From positions 1 to 49,290 of the forward strand of contig JBMGUZ010000015.1 of the NCBI GenBank assembly GCA_051530055.1: a stretch of 49,290 nucleotides of DNA, given 5' to 3'. The position numbers and the translations under genes were made by a program. The DNA comes from Neoechinorhynchus agilis. Lineage: Eukaryota > Animalia > Acanthocephala. Position 1 is the stretch's first letter. The number at the start of each line of letters is the position of its first letter. The notes below the pieces were generated by a model. The model was not told where the DNA came from. It worked only from the letters and a program-made list of their open reading frames with translations, and did no database searches. Shown one piece after another: positions 1 through 11,571 of this stretch.

Positions 1-3000
1 CTCAATGTTTAACTACTTAGCAAGTAAGTAAGGTAATGAAAATGGACGTTTGCATTATTTCTAAGAGTATAGAGTTGTAGTCCGTAAGCTGTTGATTAAA
101 ATAGAAAGCCAAGTTGTGCATTCGCATTCTGCATAAACTTTATAAGATAATCTCCCGTGCAGTATAGGAAGTGCAAATTGATGCATTTCGGGTCACAAAA
201 AGCACAATTATTGTTGCCAATAGGCCTCAATGTTTAACTACTTAGCAAGTAAGTTAGGTACTAAACTCGTCGTTTCCTATAGATCAATAAAAATGGACGT
301 TTGCGTTATTTCTAAGAATATCGAGTTGTAGTCCGTAAGCTGTTGATTAAAATAGAAATCCAAGTGGCACTTTAGCATTCTGCATAAACTTTATGAGATA
401 ATCTCCCGTGCAGTATAGGAAGTGCAAATTGATGCATTTCGGGTCCCAAAAAGCACTATTGTTGTTGCCTATAGGCCTCAATGTTTAACTACTTAGCAAG
501 TAAGTAAGGTACTAAACTCGTCGTTTCCAACAGATCAAATAAAATGGACGTTTGCATTATTTCTAAGAGTATAGAGTTGTAGTCCGTAAGCTGTTGATTA
601 AAATAGAAAGCCAAGTTGTGCATTCGCATTCTGCATAAACTTTATAAGATAATCTCCCGTGCAGTATAGGAAGTGCATATTGATTCATTTCAGGTCCCAA
701 AAAGCACTATTTTTGTATCCTTTAGGCCTCAATGTTTAACTACTTGGCAAGTAAGTAAGGTACTAAACTCGTCGTTTCCTATAGATCAATGAAAATGGAC
801 GTTTGCATTATTTCTAAGAGTATAGAGTTGTAGTCCGTAAGCTGTTGATTAAAATAGAAAGCCAAGTGGCGCATTCGCATTCTCCATAAACCTTATAGGA
901 TAATCTCCCGTGCAGTATTGGAAGTGCAAATTGATGCATTTCGGGTCACAAAAAGCACAATTATTGTTGCCAATAGGCCTCAATGTTTAACTACTTAGCA
1001 AGTAACTAAGGTACTAAACTCGTCGTTTCCTATAGATCAATGAAAATGGACGTTTGCATTATTTCTAAGAATATCAAGTTGTAGTCCGTAAGCTGTTGAT
1101 TAAAATAGAAATCCAAGTGGCACTTTAGCATTCTGCATAAACTTTATGAGATAATCTCCCGTGCAGTATAGGAAGTGCAAATTGATGCATTTCGGGTCCC
1201 AAAAAGCACTATTGTTGTTGCCTATAGGCCTCAATGTTTAACTACTTAGCAAGTAAGTTAGGTACTAAACTCGTCGTTTCCTATAGATCAATAAAAATGG
1301 ACGTTTGCGTTATTTCTAAGAATATCGAGTTGTAGTCCGTAAGCTGTTTATTAAAATAGAAAGCCAAGTGACACTTTAGCATTCTCCATAAACCCTATAA
1401 GATAATCTCCCGTGCAGTATAGGAAGTGCAAATTGATGCATTTCGGGTCCCAAAAAGCACTATTTTTGTATCCTTTAGGCCTCAATGTTTAACTACTTGG
1501 CAAGCAAGTAAGGTACTAAACTCGCCGTTTCCTATAGATCAATGAAAATGGACGTTTGCGTTATTTCCAAGAATATCGAGTTGTAGTCCGTAAGCTGTTG
1601 ATTAAAATAGAAATCCAAGTGGCACTTTGGCATTCTGCATAAACTTTATAAGATAATCTCCTGGGCAGTATAGGAAATGAATATTGATGCATTTCGTGTC
1701 CCAAAAAGCACTATTGTTGTTGCCTATAGGCCTCAATGTTTAACTACTTAGCAAGTAAGTAAGGTACTAAACTCGTTTCCTATAGATCAATGAAAATGGA
1801 CGTTTGCATTATTTCTAAGAGTATAGAGTTGTAGTCCGTAAGCTGTTGATTAAAATAGAAAGCCAAGTGGCGCATTCGCATTCTCCATAAACCCTATAAG
1901 ATAATCTCCCGTGCAGTATAGGAAGTGCAAATTGATGCATTTCGGGTCCCAAAAAGCACTATTTTTGTATCCTTTAGGCCTCAATGTTTAACTACTTGGC
2001 AAGCAAGTAAGGTACTAAACTCGCTGTTTCCTATAGATCAATGAAAATGGACGTTTGCGTTATTTCTAAGAATATCGAGTTGTAGTCCGTAAGCTGTTGA
2101 TTAAAATTGAAACCCAAGTGGCACTTTAGCAATCTGCATAAACTTTATAAGATAATCTCATGTGGAGTATAGGAAGTGCATATCGATACATTTCGTGTCC
2201 AAAAAAGCACTATTGTTGTTGCCTATAGGCCTCAATGTTTCACTACTTTGCAAGTAAGTAAGGTACTAAACTCGCCGTTTCCTATAGATCAATGAAAATG
2301 GACGTTTGCATTATTTCTAAGAATATCGAGTTGTAGTCCGTAAGCTGTTGATTAAAATAGAAAGCCAAGTGGCACTTTAGCATTCTGCATAAAATTTATA
2401 AGATAATCTCCCGTGCAATATAGGAAGTTCATATTGATGCATTTCGTATCCACAAAAACCTTTATTGTTGTTGCCTATAAGCCTCAATGTTTAACTACTT
2501 AGCAAGAAAGTTACTAAACTCGTCGTTTCCTATAGATCAATGAAAATGGACCTTTGCGTTATTTCCAAGAATATCGAGTTGTAGTCCGTAAGCTGTTGAT
2601 TAAAATAGAAATCCAAGTGGCACTTTGGCATTCTCCATAAACCCTATAAGATAATCTCCCGTGCAGTATAGGAAGTGCATATTGATGCATTTCGTGCCCC
2701 AAAAAGCACTATTGTTGTTGCCAATAGGCCTCAATGTTTAACTACTTAGCAAGTAAGTTAGGTACTAAACTCGCCGTTTCCTATAGATCAATGAAAATGG
2801 ACGTTTGCATTATTTCTAAGAGTATAGAGTTGTAGTCCGTAAGCTGTTGATTAAAATAGAAAGCCAAGTGGCGCATTCGCATTCTCCATAAACCCTATAA
2901 GATAATCTCCCTTGCAGTATAGGAAGTGCAAATTGATGCATTTCGGGTCCCAAAAAGCACTATTTTTGTATCCTTTAGGCCTCAATGTTTAACTACTTGG

Positions 3001-3026
3001 CAAGCAAGTAAGGTACTAAACTCGTC
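1..3026 (+). repeat. SatA tandem array, 251-bp monomer, ~12 copies (continues beyond window start)
   Basis: The motif ctcaatgtttaactactt recurs at 226, 477, 728, 979 and 1230 (period 251). The array joins the module at aaactcgtc|acggttgg. Confidence 0.97.
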
Positions 3027-3570
3027 ACGGTTGGAGATTCTATTGAATTTCTTTGGAATTGTCGTGGTTAGGGAATTTTCTATGATTAAGGTTAGGGAGG
3101 ACGTTGCCAAGGAAGGGTCATTTGTTTTGTCAGAGTGGGACGTGTGATTCATAGAATCGAACAATTTTATAAAATTTTGGATGTGATGATCACGTTTATT
3201 CCAGACGGTTAAACGGGGAGATTTTAAACGCTGAGGTGGGGTTGAGGGAGTGATAAGAGCAAAAGAATCAGATCAGCGTTCGCGTGTGGGGGAGGGAGTT
3301 TAAGGGCGGAATAGTGGGCGTTGATATTTGTGAACACTTTGTCGAGGTGAGCGTCAAGACGAGTTGGGAAATTAATAAGTTGACGCAACTCGGAGAATGG
3401 TAGAGGAAGAAATAGATCATTGAAGTCCCCTGCAATTTAGAAATGGTGTAAATTTGCAGAGTTTATGAGTTCCATCATGGAAACCAGTTTATGTAAAGAG
3501 GACTCAGGACGAGAGGCAGGAGGGCGATAGATACCAGCAATGGTGAATTCTCTAATGCCATTTACGTTGC
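3027..3570 (-). pseudogene. Decayed AP endonuclease fragment of a CR1/L2-type non-LTR element (module copy 1)
   Basis: Reverse complement of 33641-34180; motifs IAGIYRPP, IAGDFN, PTR, LDKVFTN, SDH; in-frame TAA before IAGDFN. Confidence 0.75.
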
Positions 3571-3588
3571 ACCGTAGGTATAAGCCCG

Positions 3589-4460
3589 TCAAATAGAATT
3601 AGACTCCGCAAGGGATCTAAAATACACAACAGCAGTCCTGTTATGCGGGCAATTCGCGTCTCTTAAAATCAGGTCATCGTATGCACGACAGTTCCCTTTG
3701 CCTTTACGATACAATGTCGTTGGCTTCCAGAAAAGGAACTCTTGCACGACCTGTGGGCAAGATGCCTCGGACCGAATTATATTGGCCTTGAACTGCAGTC
3801 GTCTGTGGCGCAAATATTTACTGGGCGGTTGGACTCCGGCTCCCTTATACAGTGCTTTGTTGGTCACTTTACTGACCATCTGAGCTTGAACGCCGCACGT
3901 AAGAGAGATGAATGATTTTGGTCCAACTTCATCGTCGCCGTTGGTGACAGTGTCCAGGTCTCTGCATTGTAGTAGAGAATGCTCTCAATTAGAGTCCTGA
4001 ACAGTTTCGAACGGAGTTCGTCTGGCAAAGACTCACTGTCAAACAGTGGCTTAAGTTGCCCCATTGCTCTCCAAGCTATAGCTCTCCATCGGCTGACATC
4101 CGCACTCACCTCAGGAACGACAGCTCCCAGATAGACATACCGCTCGATCTGTTTTAATTGCTCAACGCCATTCGGCCCTTCGCCAGGGACTGTATGCGCG
4201 ACATGCGGAATCGTCTTTTTCGAGTTGATGGTCATACTAATCATATTCGCCCTCTCGCACAGTCTATTTAGTATGCGTTGAGCTCCTTCGACTGTTGAGG
4301 ACATCAACATGATGTCGTCGGCATATGCCATGTAGGAGGCGTGTATCTCAGGATACCTGCGACCTCTTTTCCTCAACCGAAGAAATCCATCGTCATCATT
4401 CGATAGTGCCCATCTCATTACCCAATCAATCACCAAGATGAAGAGGAAAGGAGCCAGGAG
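3589..4460 (-). pseudogene. 5'-truncated non-LTR reverse transcriptase 3' part, RTE-like (module copy 1)
   Basis: LAPFLFILVIDWVMR...YADD...INSKKT...YVYLG...ILYYNAETWTL; frameshift between ORFs 3864-4436 and 3589-3879. Confidence 0.85.
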
Positions 4461-5467
4461 CTGAAAAGTGGATTGCGATGAATTCTCGATCGGGGTTTCG
4501 CCGATGTGAAAGATTGCCGTTCGTAGATTGAGACCATCTTCCTGGGCGGACCTCGCGCTATGTATGGAAGGAAGAGTAACCGGGAATAAAACGGCTGAAT
4601 CGCTAGATTAAGTAATCAAACGTATTTCAGCATGTCATGACCTGTAAGTTTAGCATCTTTTATGAGCTCTCAGAAACAGGGAAGAGTTAAAATTCATAAG
4701 AAGATTTAGTAAAGTCTCATTCTAGCTTTGGAGATACAATCGCTAAATGTGTTAAAAAAACACGGTATTGTGGAGTATGTTTAGAAATTAAATAATGAAT
4801 CATTCAAGAAGATTCCGATTACCTGTAATGTTAATTGAATTTTTGAAACGAATTTTATATCAATCAGCGTTCCAATGATCATCTTCGTCAATTTTAGGAT
4901 TAGCCGTACACTTTCTCGAACAGGACTCAAAGAGAGTCGGTTAGTCGTACAATGGAAGGTGGAAGGGGATAATGATATAAAATTGGAAAACTTGGAGAGA
5001 CATTTACAATTTGATGGAGCAAAATAGGAAACTACGCGTGACGGTGGACAACTAAAAAGTAGATATTGGAGCCTGATTTATTCATATGATAGAAAAATTT
5101 AAGGGCATTTCGCCAATAGAAAAGAGTTGATTCTTAAGCCGGTTGTTGGGGCAGATAGGGGATAACGTTGGGGAAGGGATTGTTTCTCGTAAGCGAATTT
5201 GCAGTAAAGTTGAAAGAGTCACCTAAACCCTCAAGAGATGAAAGTGGTTAAGTGAAACTTTCTTACCTTTAATGTTTCCACAACAAAACATCCTATCAAA
5301 TAATATTAAGACAAAAATAAGCGAATGCGACCTGCAGCCTGTGTATTTCACTCAAATCCAGGAACAGCGGGCGCAATGCCATATTCTTTGAGAGAAAGAT
5401 AGATTGCGGGGGGAATGCAATGTACAGCGAGAAAATTATTAACGATTTTAATCAAGACTTTATGAGT

Positions 5468-5854
5468 CTAAAAGGGGCGCTCTAGGTTTCCCTGCTGGAT
5501 TTCAACTACATTAAATGCTGGGTAGCCAACTCGATGCTGTACACTCCACGTTATTTTTAAAACCATCGGTAACGAAAATTCCAGTTGAACATAGATCGTA
5601 CTTTTATAAATAAAGTTGTTATTGATGTTCGAATAATCGGTTTCGAAACCGGTTGAACCATCGGAAGTGAAATCAGAAATGTCCGTCTTAGCTTCGTTTT
5701 TATCCTCGTTAGATCTGATATTTGTCTTTCCTTCAAATTTCCCCATGAATTCTGCTCTCGTTTTCTGCTGCTCCGTTGTTTCCGTCGCCAACATTTTTCC
5801 TTCAGATTTATTTCTCAGGACCACTATTCGTTTTCGAGATTTAAATTTTTTCAT
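5468..5854 (-). CDS. Module ORF128, charged low-complexity; possibly an exon
   Basis: Open in both full module copies (also 31359-31745); no recognisable domain. Confidence 0.35.
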   Translation of the reverse strand: MKKFKSRKRIVVLRNKSEGKMLATETTEQQKTRAEFMGKFEGKTNIRSNEDKNEAKTDISDFTSDGSTGFETDYSNINNNFIYKSTIYVQLEFSLPMVLKITWSVQHRVGYPAFNVVEIQQGNLERPF

Positions 5855-5935
5855 TCATATCAGCCGCCATTTATTTTCTTCAACAATTTTTCAATCAGTC
5901 TTTTGTGCCGAATATTTAAAGGATTCACACGAACT

Positions 5936-6814
5936 TTAGTTAGGATGCAAATTGTAGTTCCGAATTTCACTCAACGCTATTTCACGTTTAATCATCGCGC
6001 TGAGTATCCGCTTTGGCATCGCGTGGTTCCGCACAGTGAACTTCTCGTCCAAGATGCTTTTTAAACGATCACAGAGTTCCTTGGTACTCAAGTTCATATC
6101 AACTGAAGGCTTTGATGATTTTCTTTTTGAAGTGGATTCATTCGGTGATTTGTCTTTCAATCGTGATCCTGATTTATTTTCCGTCGTAGTATTGGACATT
6201 TCTGTAGGTTGCCGATTAAAGATTCCCACGATCCTTTTTCCGATTTCATCGATAATGTCGATTAGCGGTTCGTTTTCCTCGTTGCTGCCCATGTTATGGA
6301 GAATGGCTATGAGATCGGAATCTTTGATTTCATCCGCGGTCATCGCTAATTCCGAAATCTCGGAAAGTACATCGTCCACCAGTTCGAAGATTTTCGTTGC
6401 GTATTGAGAATCCAACAAAGACTTTAATAATTTAATCTCCTTAGTTAAAAGAGAAGGCGGCATCAATTGTTTGGATTCTGAAATCTGTTGACTGTGAACG
6501 TTTTCGACGTTACGAAGTCCCATTTCTCCTTTTTTATCGCTATTGATACTCTTCGGCGATTCTGTTTCTTTGTCCGAAATTGCATTAGAATTCCTATCAC
6601 TAGAACCAGTACCTGATATTTCGGGTTCTAATTCTTTTGTTTTATTTAATTTGGGTTTCGTCGCTCGTCGTTCTTTAAATCGTTTTTGATCAAAAGCCTC
6701 CTTGATCTTCATACCAACTTGGTTTAAGAGTTTGTTGAGTGGAGCATTATCTTTGTTGTCGAACATCTCTCCAAGAACATCTATCAATCCGAATTGAAGA
6801 ATTTCGAATTTCAT
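5936..6814 (-). CDS. Module ORF292, two copies of a helical repeat; probable exon spliced to ORF102
   Basis: Open in both copies; internal repeat LGEMFDNKDNAPLNKLLNQVGMKIKEAF / LHNMGSNEENEPLIDIIDEIGKRIVGIF. Confidence 0.65.
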   Translation of the reverse strand: MKFEILQFGLIDVLGEMFDNKDNAPLNKLLNQVGMKIKEAFDQKRFKERRATKPKLNKTKELEPEISGTGSSDRNSNAISDKETESPKSINSDKKGEMGLRNVENVHSQQISESKQLMPPSLLTKEIKLLKSLLDSQYATKIFELVDDVLSEISELAMTADEIKDSDLIAILHNMGSNEENEPLIDIIDEIGKRIVGIFNRQPTEMSNTTTENKSGSRLKDKSPNESTSKRKSSKPSVDMNLSTKELCDRLKSILDEKFTVRNHAMPKRILSAMIKREIALSEIRNYNLHPN

Positions 6815-6908
6815 TAAGGATGCTCCTTACTAAATCAAAATTCATAACTTTGTGCTCACAGTACATAGTGATCAAGAGTCTCTGACGGAGAGGTGTTGAA
6901 TCCGTTCG

Positions 6909-7217
6909 CTAAATTTTTGTTTTCTCCTTACCTCGAATGGAAGATGACAGCCTCTTTCTTGAAATTTCTTTACAGCTCCCGTCTTCAAAACTAAGTTTAG
7001 ATTTCGTTTTTATCGAACTTTTTGACTGCTCTTCAATCTCAACATCAAACTTAGAGTGAACACCGGACTTTGTATGAGATTTATCATCGGTATTTTTACC
7101 TTTTTTCATGCCAGGCGTTACTTTAATTTTGGCTGCTACGTCCTTAATAAGATTGTCAAGTTCCCCGTTTTCTTTGTTTTGTTTCTGAACAATAGCTGAC
7201 AAAAATAATATCAGCAA
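6909..7217 (-). CDS. Module ORF102, K/S/E-rich probable exon
   Basis: Starts directly after an AG acceptor and contains a cgag|gtaagg donor that can join ORF292 in frame (worked out on the plus copy). Confidence 0.5.
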   Translation of the reverse strand: MLILFLSAIVQKQNKENGELDNLIKDVAAKIKVTPGMKKGKNTDDKSHTKSGVHSKFDVEIEEQSKSSIKTKSKLSFEDGSCKEISRKRLSSSIRGKEKTKI

Positions 7218-8205
7218 CTTAAAATTAGTTTGCTTCTATTCGTCTTATGATGCTTTAAAAATATTTATTATTGTGTTTTCTATAGAACTCATATTAATTT
7301 TTTCAGGATTTTAATGCTGGACAACAATAATACCAGGAATTGACCAAAATCATAAGACAAATGTCCACTTCGCCATTCAGCAATTACTGAAAGTACTTTA
7401 AAAATAATCCCGTTCAATGTCTTATTTGTTGCACCAAGGTAAAAGGTTTTTGTCTTTACTCTTTTTAATTTGAAGACATTTTTTCATTTGGAATATCTTG
7501 AAAACATTCTTTGTCATGGAATGATTTGTTACTCTGTAATTTGATTTCAGGTTCACAAAAAGTTGCTGGTGGATAACTATGAATCCTGACAGTTTTGATA
7601 GTCAAAAAATAACTGACCAGAAGCTTCAAAAAATATACATCCCCGATGTGAAGAAAATGTGACTTGTTCTCTCTTTAAATTCCATTTAACATAATTATGT
7701 TTTGAAAAAAATTTGGAAATGAAAGGCTTTCCGAAACACAAATTCGTTAATCCTTTGATTTATGCGGTGATCACAATTGCTTATGAAATAACACTCGAGA
7801 TGTTTTAAATTTGAAGCTATGTATTTTTAACCTTTTTTAGTCTTCCCAATATCTGTAAGTAAATATTTATTTGAATTCATTTTATTCAATAAATATTCCT
7901 ATTTTTTCGCTAAATCCTAAACAAAACAAACTTGTATAAATTTTTAACGCTCCAGAATAATAAATCATTTTTTAAATCTTAAGTGCCCACAAATACCCCT
8001 AAAATTATTTGTTTAATAGGCGACAAGTGAAAATCAATGCCCATTTGAAACACTTGATTTTTATTTTTTATTTAAGCACATCAAAAAACAGTGACAGTTT
8101 GTTCGATCACTCTTCATTTTTTATAAACTTTTCATTTTCGCAAATTTCGATATTCCCATTTTGAGCATCCTGGTTTATTTTCCTGCCGAGTTAATCGTTT
8201 CTTCT

Positions 8206-9828
8206 TTAGTTCTGTTCATCTGAATTATTTTCACTGTCTTTATCTTCTTTATCATTTACAATGGTGACAGCTTCAATATGCACTTTACTATTGGCCAATG
8301 ACTTCATAATAAAGGCCATGTCTTTGTTATTAGTGTTCAGTGTATCGGCATTCAATTTTAAGATCTCCATATCATCATCGCCCATTAGAAACTCTTCCAT
8401 AAAGGTTTCATCGCCGATATCCTGCCATTGTTCGTCGTTGTGGCAGGTAAACCATTCAGGAATTTTCTGTTCCTTTTCGGGCTTTTGGATAACAATAGTA
8501 AATTTTTCCGGAATCGGCGGCATCTCTTCCTCACGTTCCAACGCAAAGACAACGTCTTCGATATCTTCTATATCGCCGGGCTCTCCTTCAACTTTGTTGT
8601 TTTTTATGTAATCCCTTTGAGCGGGACGCAGATAAGTCCATAAATAACTGGGAATATTTGAATTATCTCGATGTCGTGGCCGCAAAGAAGAATTCTTAAT
8701 TCCGCCCTTTGTATATTTTCGAAGTTCACTGTTTGTTTGGTCGTCGGCGCGGATGCTCAATTCCACAATGACTGGGACCTTTTCCTCATGGTCGCCGTTT
8801 TTCCGGTTGATATATAGTTTAGTCGAGAGAAGATGATCTTTTTTCGGCTGGGTTTTTAAAGCTTCTCCCTCATCAATTGGTTTATCCGCCTCAAAGGTGT
8901 GATTGGGTGCATTAAATGTATTTGGGATCCTTTGTAGTTGATGTGGCAGCAGAAATCCCGAAGGAAATTGATTAACACCGGTTGCGCCGCACCCTAATCC
9001 ATAAGCCGCATTGGGTTGATTTAATGGATAAATTTGTCCAACTTGATTCCCCAAAGATAATGCCTGCATATTGGCCATAAGTTGAGGCATTGGCTGTATT
9101 GTTTGTCCAAAAGGTAATTGGGTGAATCGTTGGGCCGGGAAGCCACCAATCACGTTAACATTTTGTATGCCGCCGAAATTGATCGATTGGCCGATAGCAG
9201 TATTGGTTGTTGTTTGTGGTTGTTGTAGCGTGGGATTTTGGTGATTCTGGACGAATTGAGCCCTATGGCTCCCTGAGTCGTTGAAGTGTCCCGCTGTGTT
9301 TATAGCACTATTAAGTGTCGCAGTTTGAAATCTTGAAGTGGACTCTTCTTCGTGCCCATTTCCGCGAGGCGAATTTAATTGGAGAGCTCTCTGTACGCTT
9401 CTGGCACGATTTTGATAATTTGCACCTTCTACATTTGTGCCACTATTTCCAGAATTTTTGTTTTGGTGTCCGGACCGAAATACCGAGTATGTTGCACTGT
9501 TGCTCCTCGAAAGTTCATTTTTGCTTCGATCGGGTTGATAGCGAGCGAGAGGGGCCGATCCACGAGAATTTCTATTTGCATAGTTAATTTGATTCGGTCT
9601 TGGAACACTCCTGGTTCGGTTTGATCTTTGCTGCGATTCATGATTTAAATTTTCATTTATAGTGGCATTTGAGCTTATAGTATTATTTGAGCGCTGTTGC
9701 TCATTGTTAATTCTGGCCGGTCGGAAGACGATCCTTTCTGTCCAAGTTCCATCGCTTCGTAGGTAACTAGGAATGTAGTATTCCCCAGTTCTTGGATCGA
9801 TTCTCAATTGGGGTCTTTTGTCCGACAT
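8206..9828 (-). CDS. Module ORF540 copy 1: PYM/Mago-binding-like N-terminus, N/Q/S-rich middle, acidic C-terminus
   Basis: Intact 540-aa ATG ORF conserved in three copies; N-terminal TGEYYIPSYLRSDGTW. Confidence 0.8.
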   Translation of the reverse strand: MSDKRPQLRIDPRTGEYYIPSYLRSDGTWTERIVFRPARINNEQQRSNNTISSNATINENLNHESQQRSNRTRSVPRPNQINYANRNSRGSAPLARYQPDRSKNELSRSNSATYSVFRSGHQNKNSGNSGTNVEGANYQNRARSVQRALQLNSPRGNGHEEESTSRFQTATLNSAINTAGHFNDSGSHRAQFVQNHQNPTLQQPQTTTNTAIGQSINFGGIQNVNVIGGFPAQRFTQLPFGQTIQPMPQLMANMQALSLGNQVGQIYPLNQPNAAYGLGCGATGVNQFPSGFLLPHQLQRIPNTFNAPNHTFEADKPIDEGEALKTQPKKDHLLSTKLYINRKNGDHEEKVPVIVELSIRADDQTNSELRKYTKGGIKNSSLRPRHRDNSNIPSYLWTYLRPAQRDYIKNNKVEGEPGDIEDIEDVVFALEREEEMPPIPEKFTIVIQKPEKEQKIPEWFTCHNDEQWQDIGDETFMEEFLMGDDDMEILKLNADTLNTNNKDMAFIMKSLANSKVHIEAVTIVNDKEDKDSENNSDEQN

Positions 9829-10319
9829 TTGTGCAAGTTAAAATGATTTGCAAAGGTGATCGCGTTTGTTGCCGTTGAATAGATGTTCGTTTAAGGAAGC
9901 GATCAGATCGTTAAATATTAGTAGATTATAGTAATGACCCGATGTAGAAAGTTGAGTTTAAGAACGTAGCTGTTTAGGTCGTTAGCACGATATGCCAAGA
10001 TATTAGCGATGTATACAATTCGGGTTCAATGGTATGATAAATAGGCTCCCACAGTGCGTTGCGCAACCAATCAGCGCGATTCACTACACTCAATAAATTT
10101 GTGCAACCAATCATATCGCGAGATCAAGAAGCCGACATTGATGTAATGCAGATAGGCATCACTAATCAAACAGATTAATTATAATTAAAGTACTTAAAAA
10201 TCCTTGATTTTCAAAGGCTTTAATGAACTAAACAAAGAACCCATTGCTTTTAATTACTTTACATTACGCGTTAACGCCCATGCTTTTGTTGTTACTTCCG
10301 AAACCAATTTCCTGACGGA

Positions 10320-10810
10320 TGCATTTCGGGTCCCAAAAAGCACTATTGTTGTTGACTTTAGGCCTCAATGTTTAACTACTTAGAAAGTAAGGTACTAAAC
10401 TCGTCGTTTCCAACAGATCAATGAAAATGGACGTTTGCATTATTTCTAAGAATATCAAGTTGTAGTCCGTAATCTGTTGATTAAAATAGAAAGCCAAGTG
10501 GTACTTTAGCATTCTGCATAAACTTTATAAGATAATCTCCCGTGCAGTATAGGAAGTGCAAATTGATGCATTTCGGGTCCCAAAAAGCACTATTGTTGTT
10601 GCCAATAGGCCTCAATGTTTAACTACTTAGCAAGTAAGTAAGCTACTAAATTCATCGTTTCCCATAGATCTATGAAAATGGATGTTTGCATTATTTCTAA
10701 GAATATCGAGTTGTAGTCCGTAAGCCGTGATTAAAATAGAAATCCAAGTGGTACTTTAGCGTCCTGCATAAACTTTATAAGATGATTTCCCGTGCAGTAT
10801 AGGAAGTGCA
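10320..10810 (+). repeat. SatA, two monomers heading module copy 1
   Basis: Runs from tgcatttcggg to ggaagtgca; shares diagnostic variants with 34790-35266. Confidence 0.95.
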
Positions 10811-10954
10811 CCACGTGTTATTATTTAAAAAATCTCCGTGTATGACTGTAGTATTTTTTTTCGAATCGTATGATCGAAGATGATAGGGTGTCTATCGCCT
10901 TCAAACGATCCCGGACATTTTTCGCTATCTGGAACAACGGAGGTCGCGGTTTTG

Positions 10955-11120
10955 TTGAGTGCTGAGATGCGATCTTTGCGCGTGGACTCCATCGCGGATC
11001 AACCCGGCATTGCACTACAACAAAAACTGGTATAGTTAAAAAGTAAAGAGAAAAACTTGATTGAGTGCTGAGATGCGGTGCTCGCATTGAGGCCGTCGCG
11101 GATCAACGCTGCATCGTTGA
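10955..11120 (-). repeat. Degenerate inverted relic of SatB subunits
   Basis: ggactccatcgcggatcaacccggc (10984-11008) is the reverse complement of SatB gccgggttaatccgcgatggagtcc with 1 mismatch; ttgagtgctgagatgcg repeats at 10955 and 11061 (period 106). Confidence 0.6.
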
Positions 11121-11571
11121 AGTCTCAGAGTTTCAATCTCGTTTTTGACGGTGGGATTAATGCGCCTTTCTTTGCGAAATCGCTGTGTGCATTATGTCAG
11201 CGTATTTTAGTGAAATAAGATAATTTGTTGATAAGTTCGTTTACGTAGGATTCTCGATGGTACATCGAATTGATCACCGGTGCACTTTAATTGACCTGGT
11301 TTAGTTCATGAAGTTCTCAAAATGAAAATCTAATCATCAACCTGCAGCAAAATTACCGTTTTTCGCGCATGTAATTAAAGAGAAAACTGTCAATGAGGAA
11401 AATGATGCGAAGACCACCTACGACCTTTGTGAAATGTCGATTTAACTTCTAAATTCCGTAGTTGACCGTTTCAACGTGAATGAAAAAGCCGTTTCGTTTT
11501 TTCCGATTAAATGCACGACAGAATTTTAGGTTAAAAATTATTTTTTGTACAATTTTCTCCATTTATAGACG

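Larger units (their letters stand above)
3027..10319 (-). mobile_element. Module U copy 1 (~7.3 kb multi-ORF repeat unit, minus orientation)
   Basis: Reverse complement of 26846-34180 with the same ORF order and few substitutions or indels; SatA on both sides. The repeat is certain, mobility is inferred. Confidence 0.85.

Noticed and set aside
1-3026. SatA, SatB or SatC as CRISPR arrays
   Set aside because: Whole monomers repeat with no unique spacers, and the context is eukaryotic.
7290-7680. Antisense exon-like segment with splice signals and faint small-GTPase-like words (AGQQ*Y, NPDSF)
   Set aside because: In-frame stops and wrong motif spacing; the resemblance is too weak to call.
8261-9641. 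Short ORFs antisense to or overlapping ORF540 (also in copies 2 and 3) and ORF292
   Set aside because: Shadow frames of the longer ORFs.
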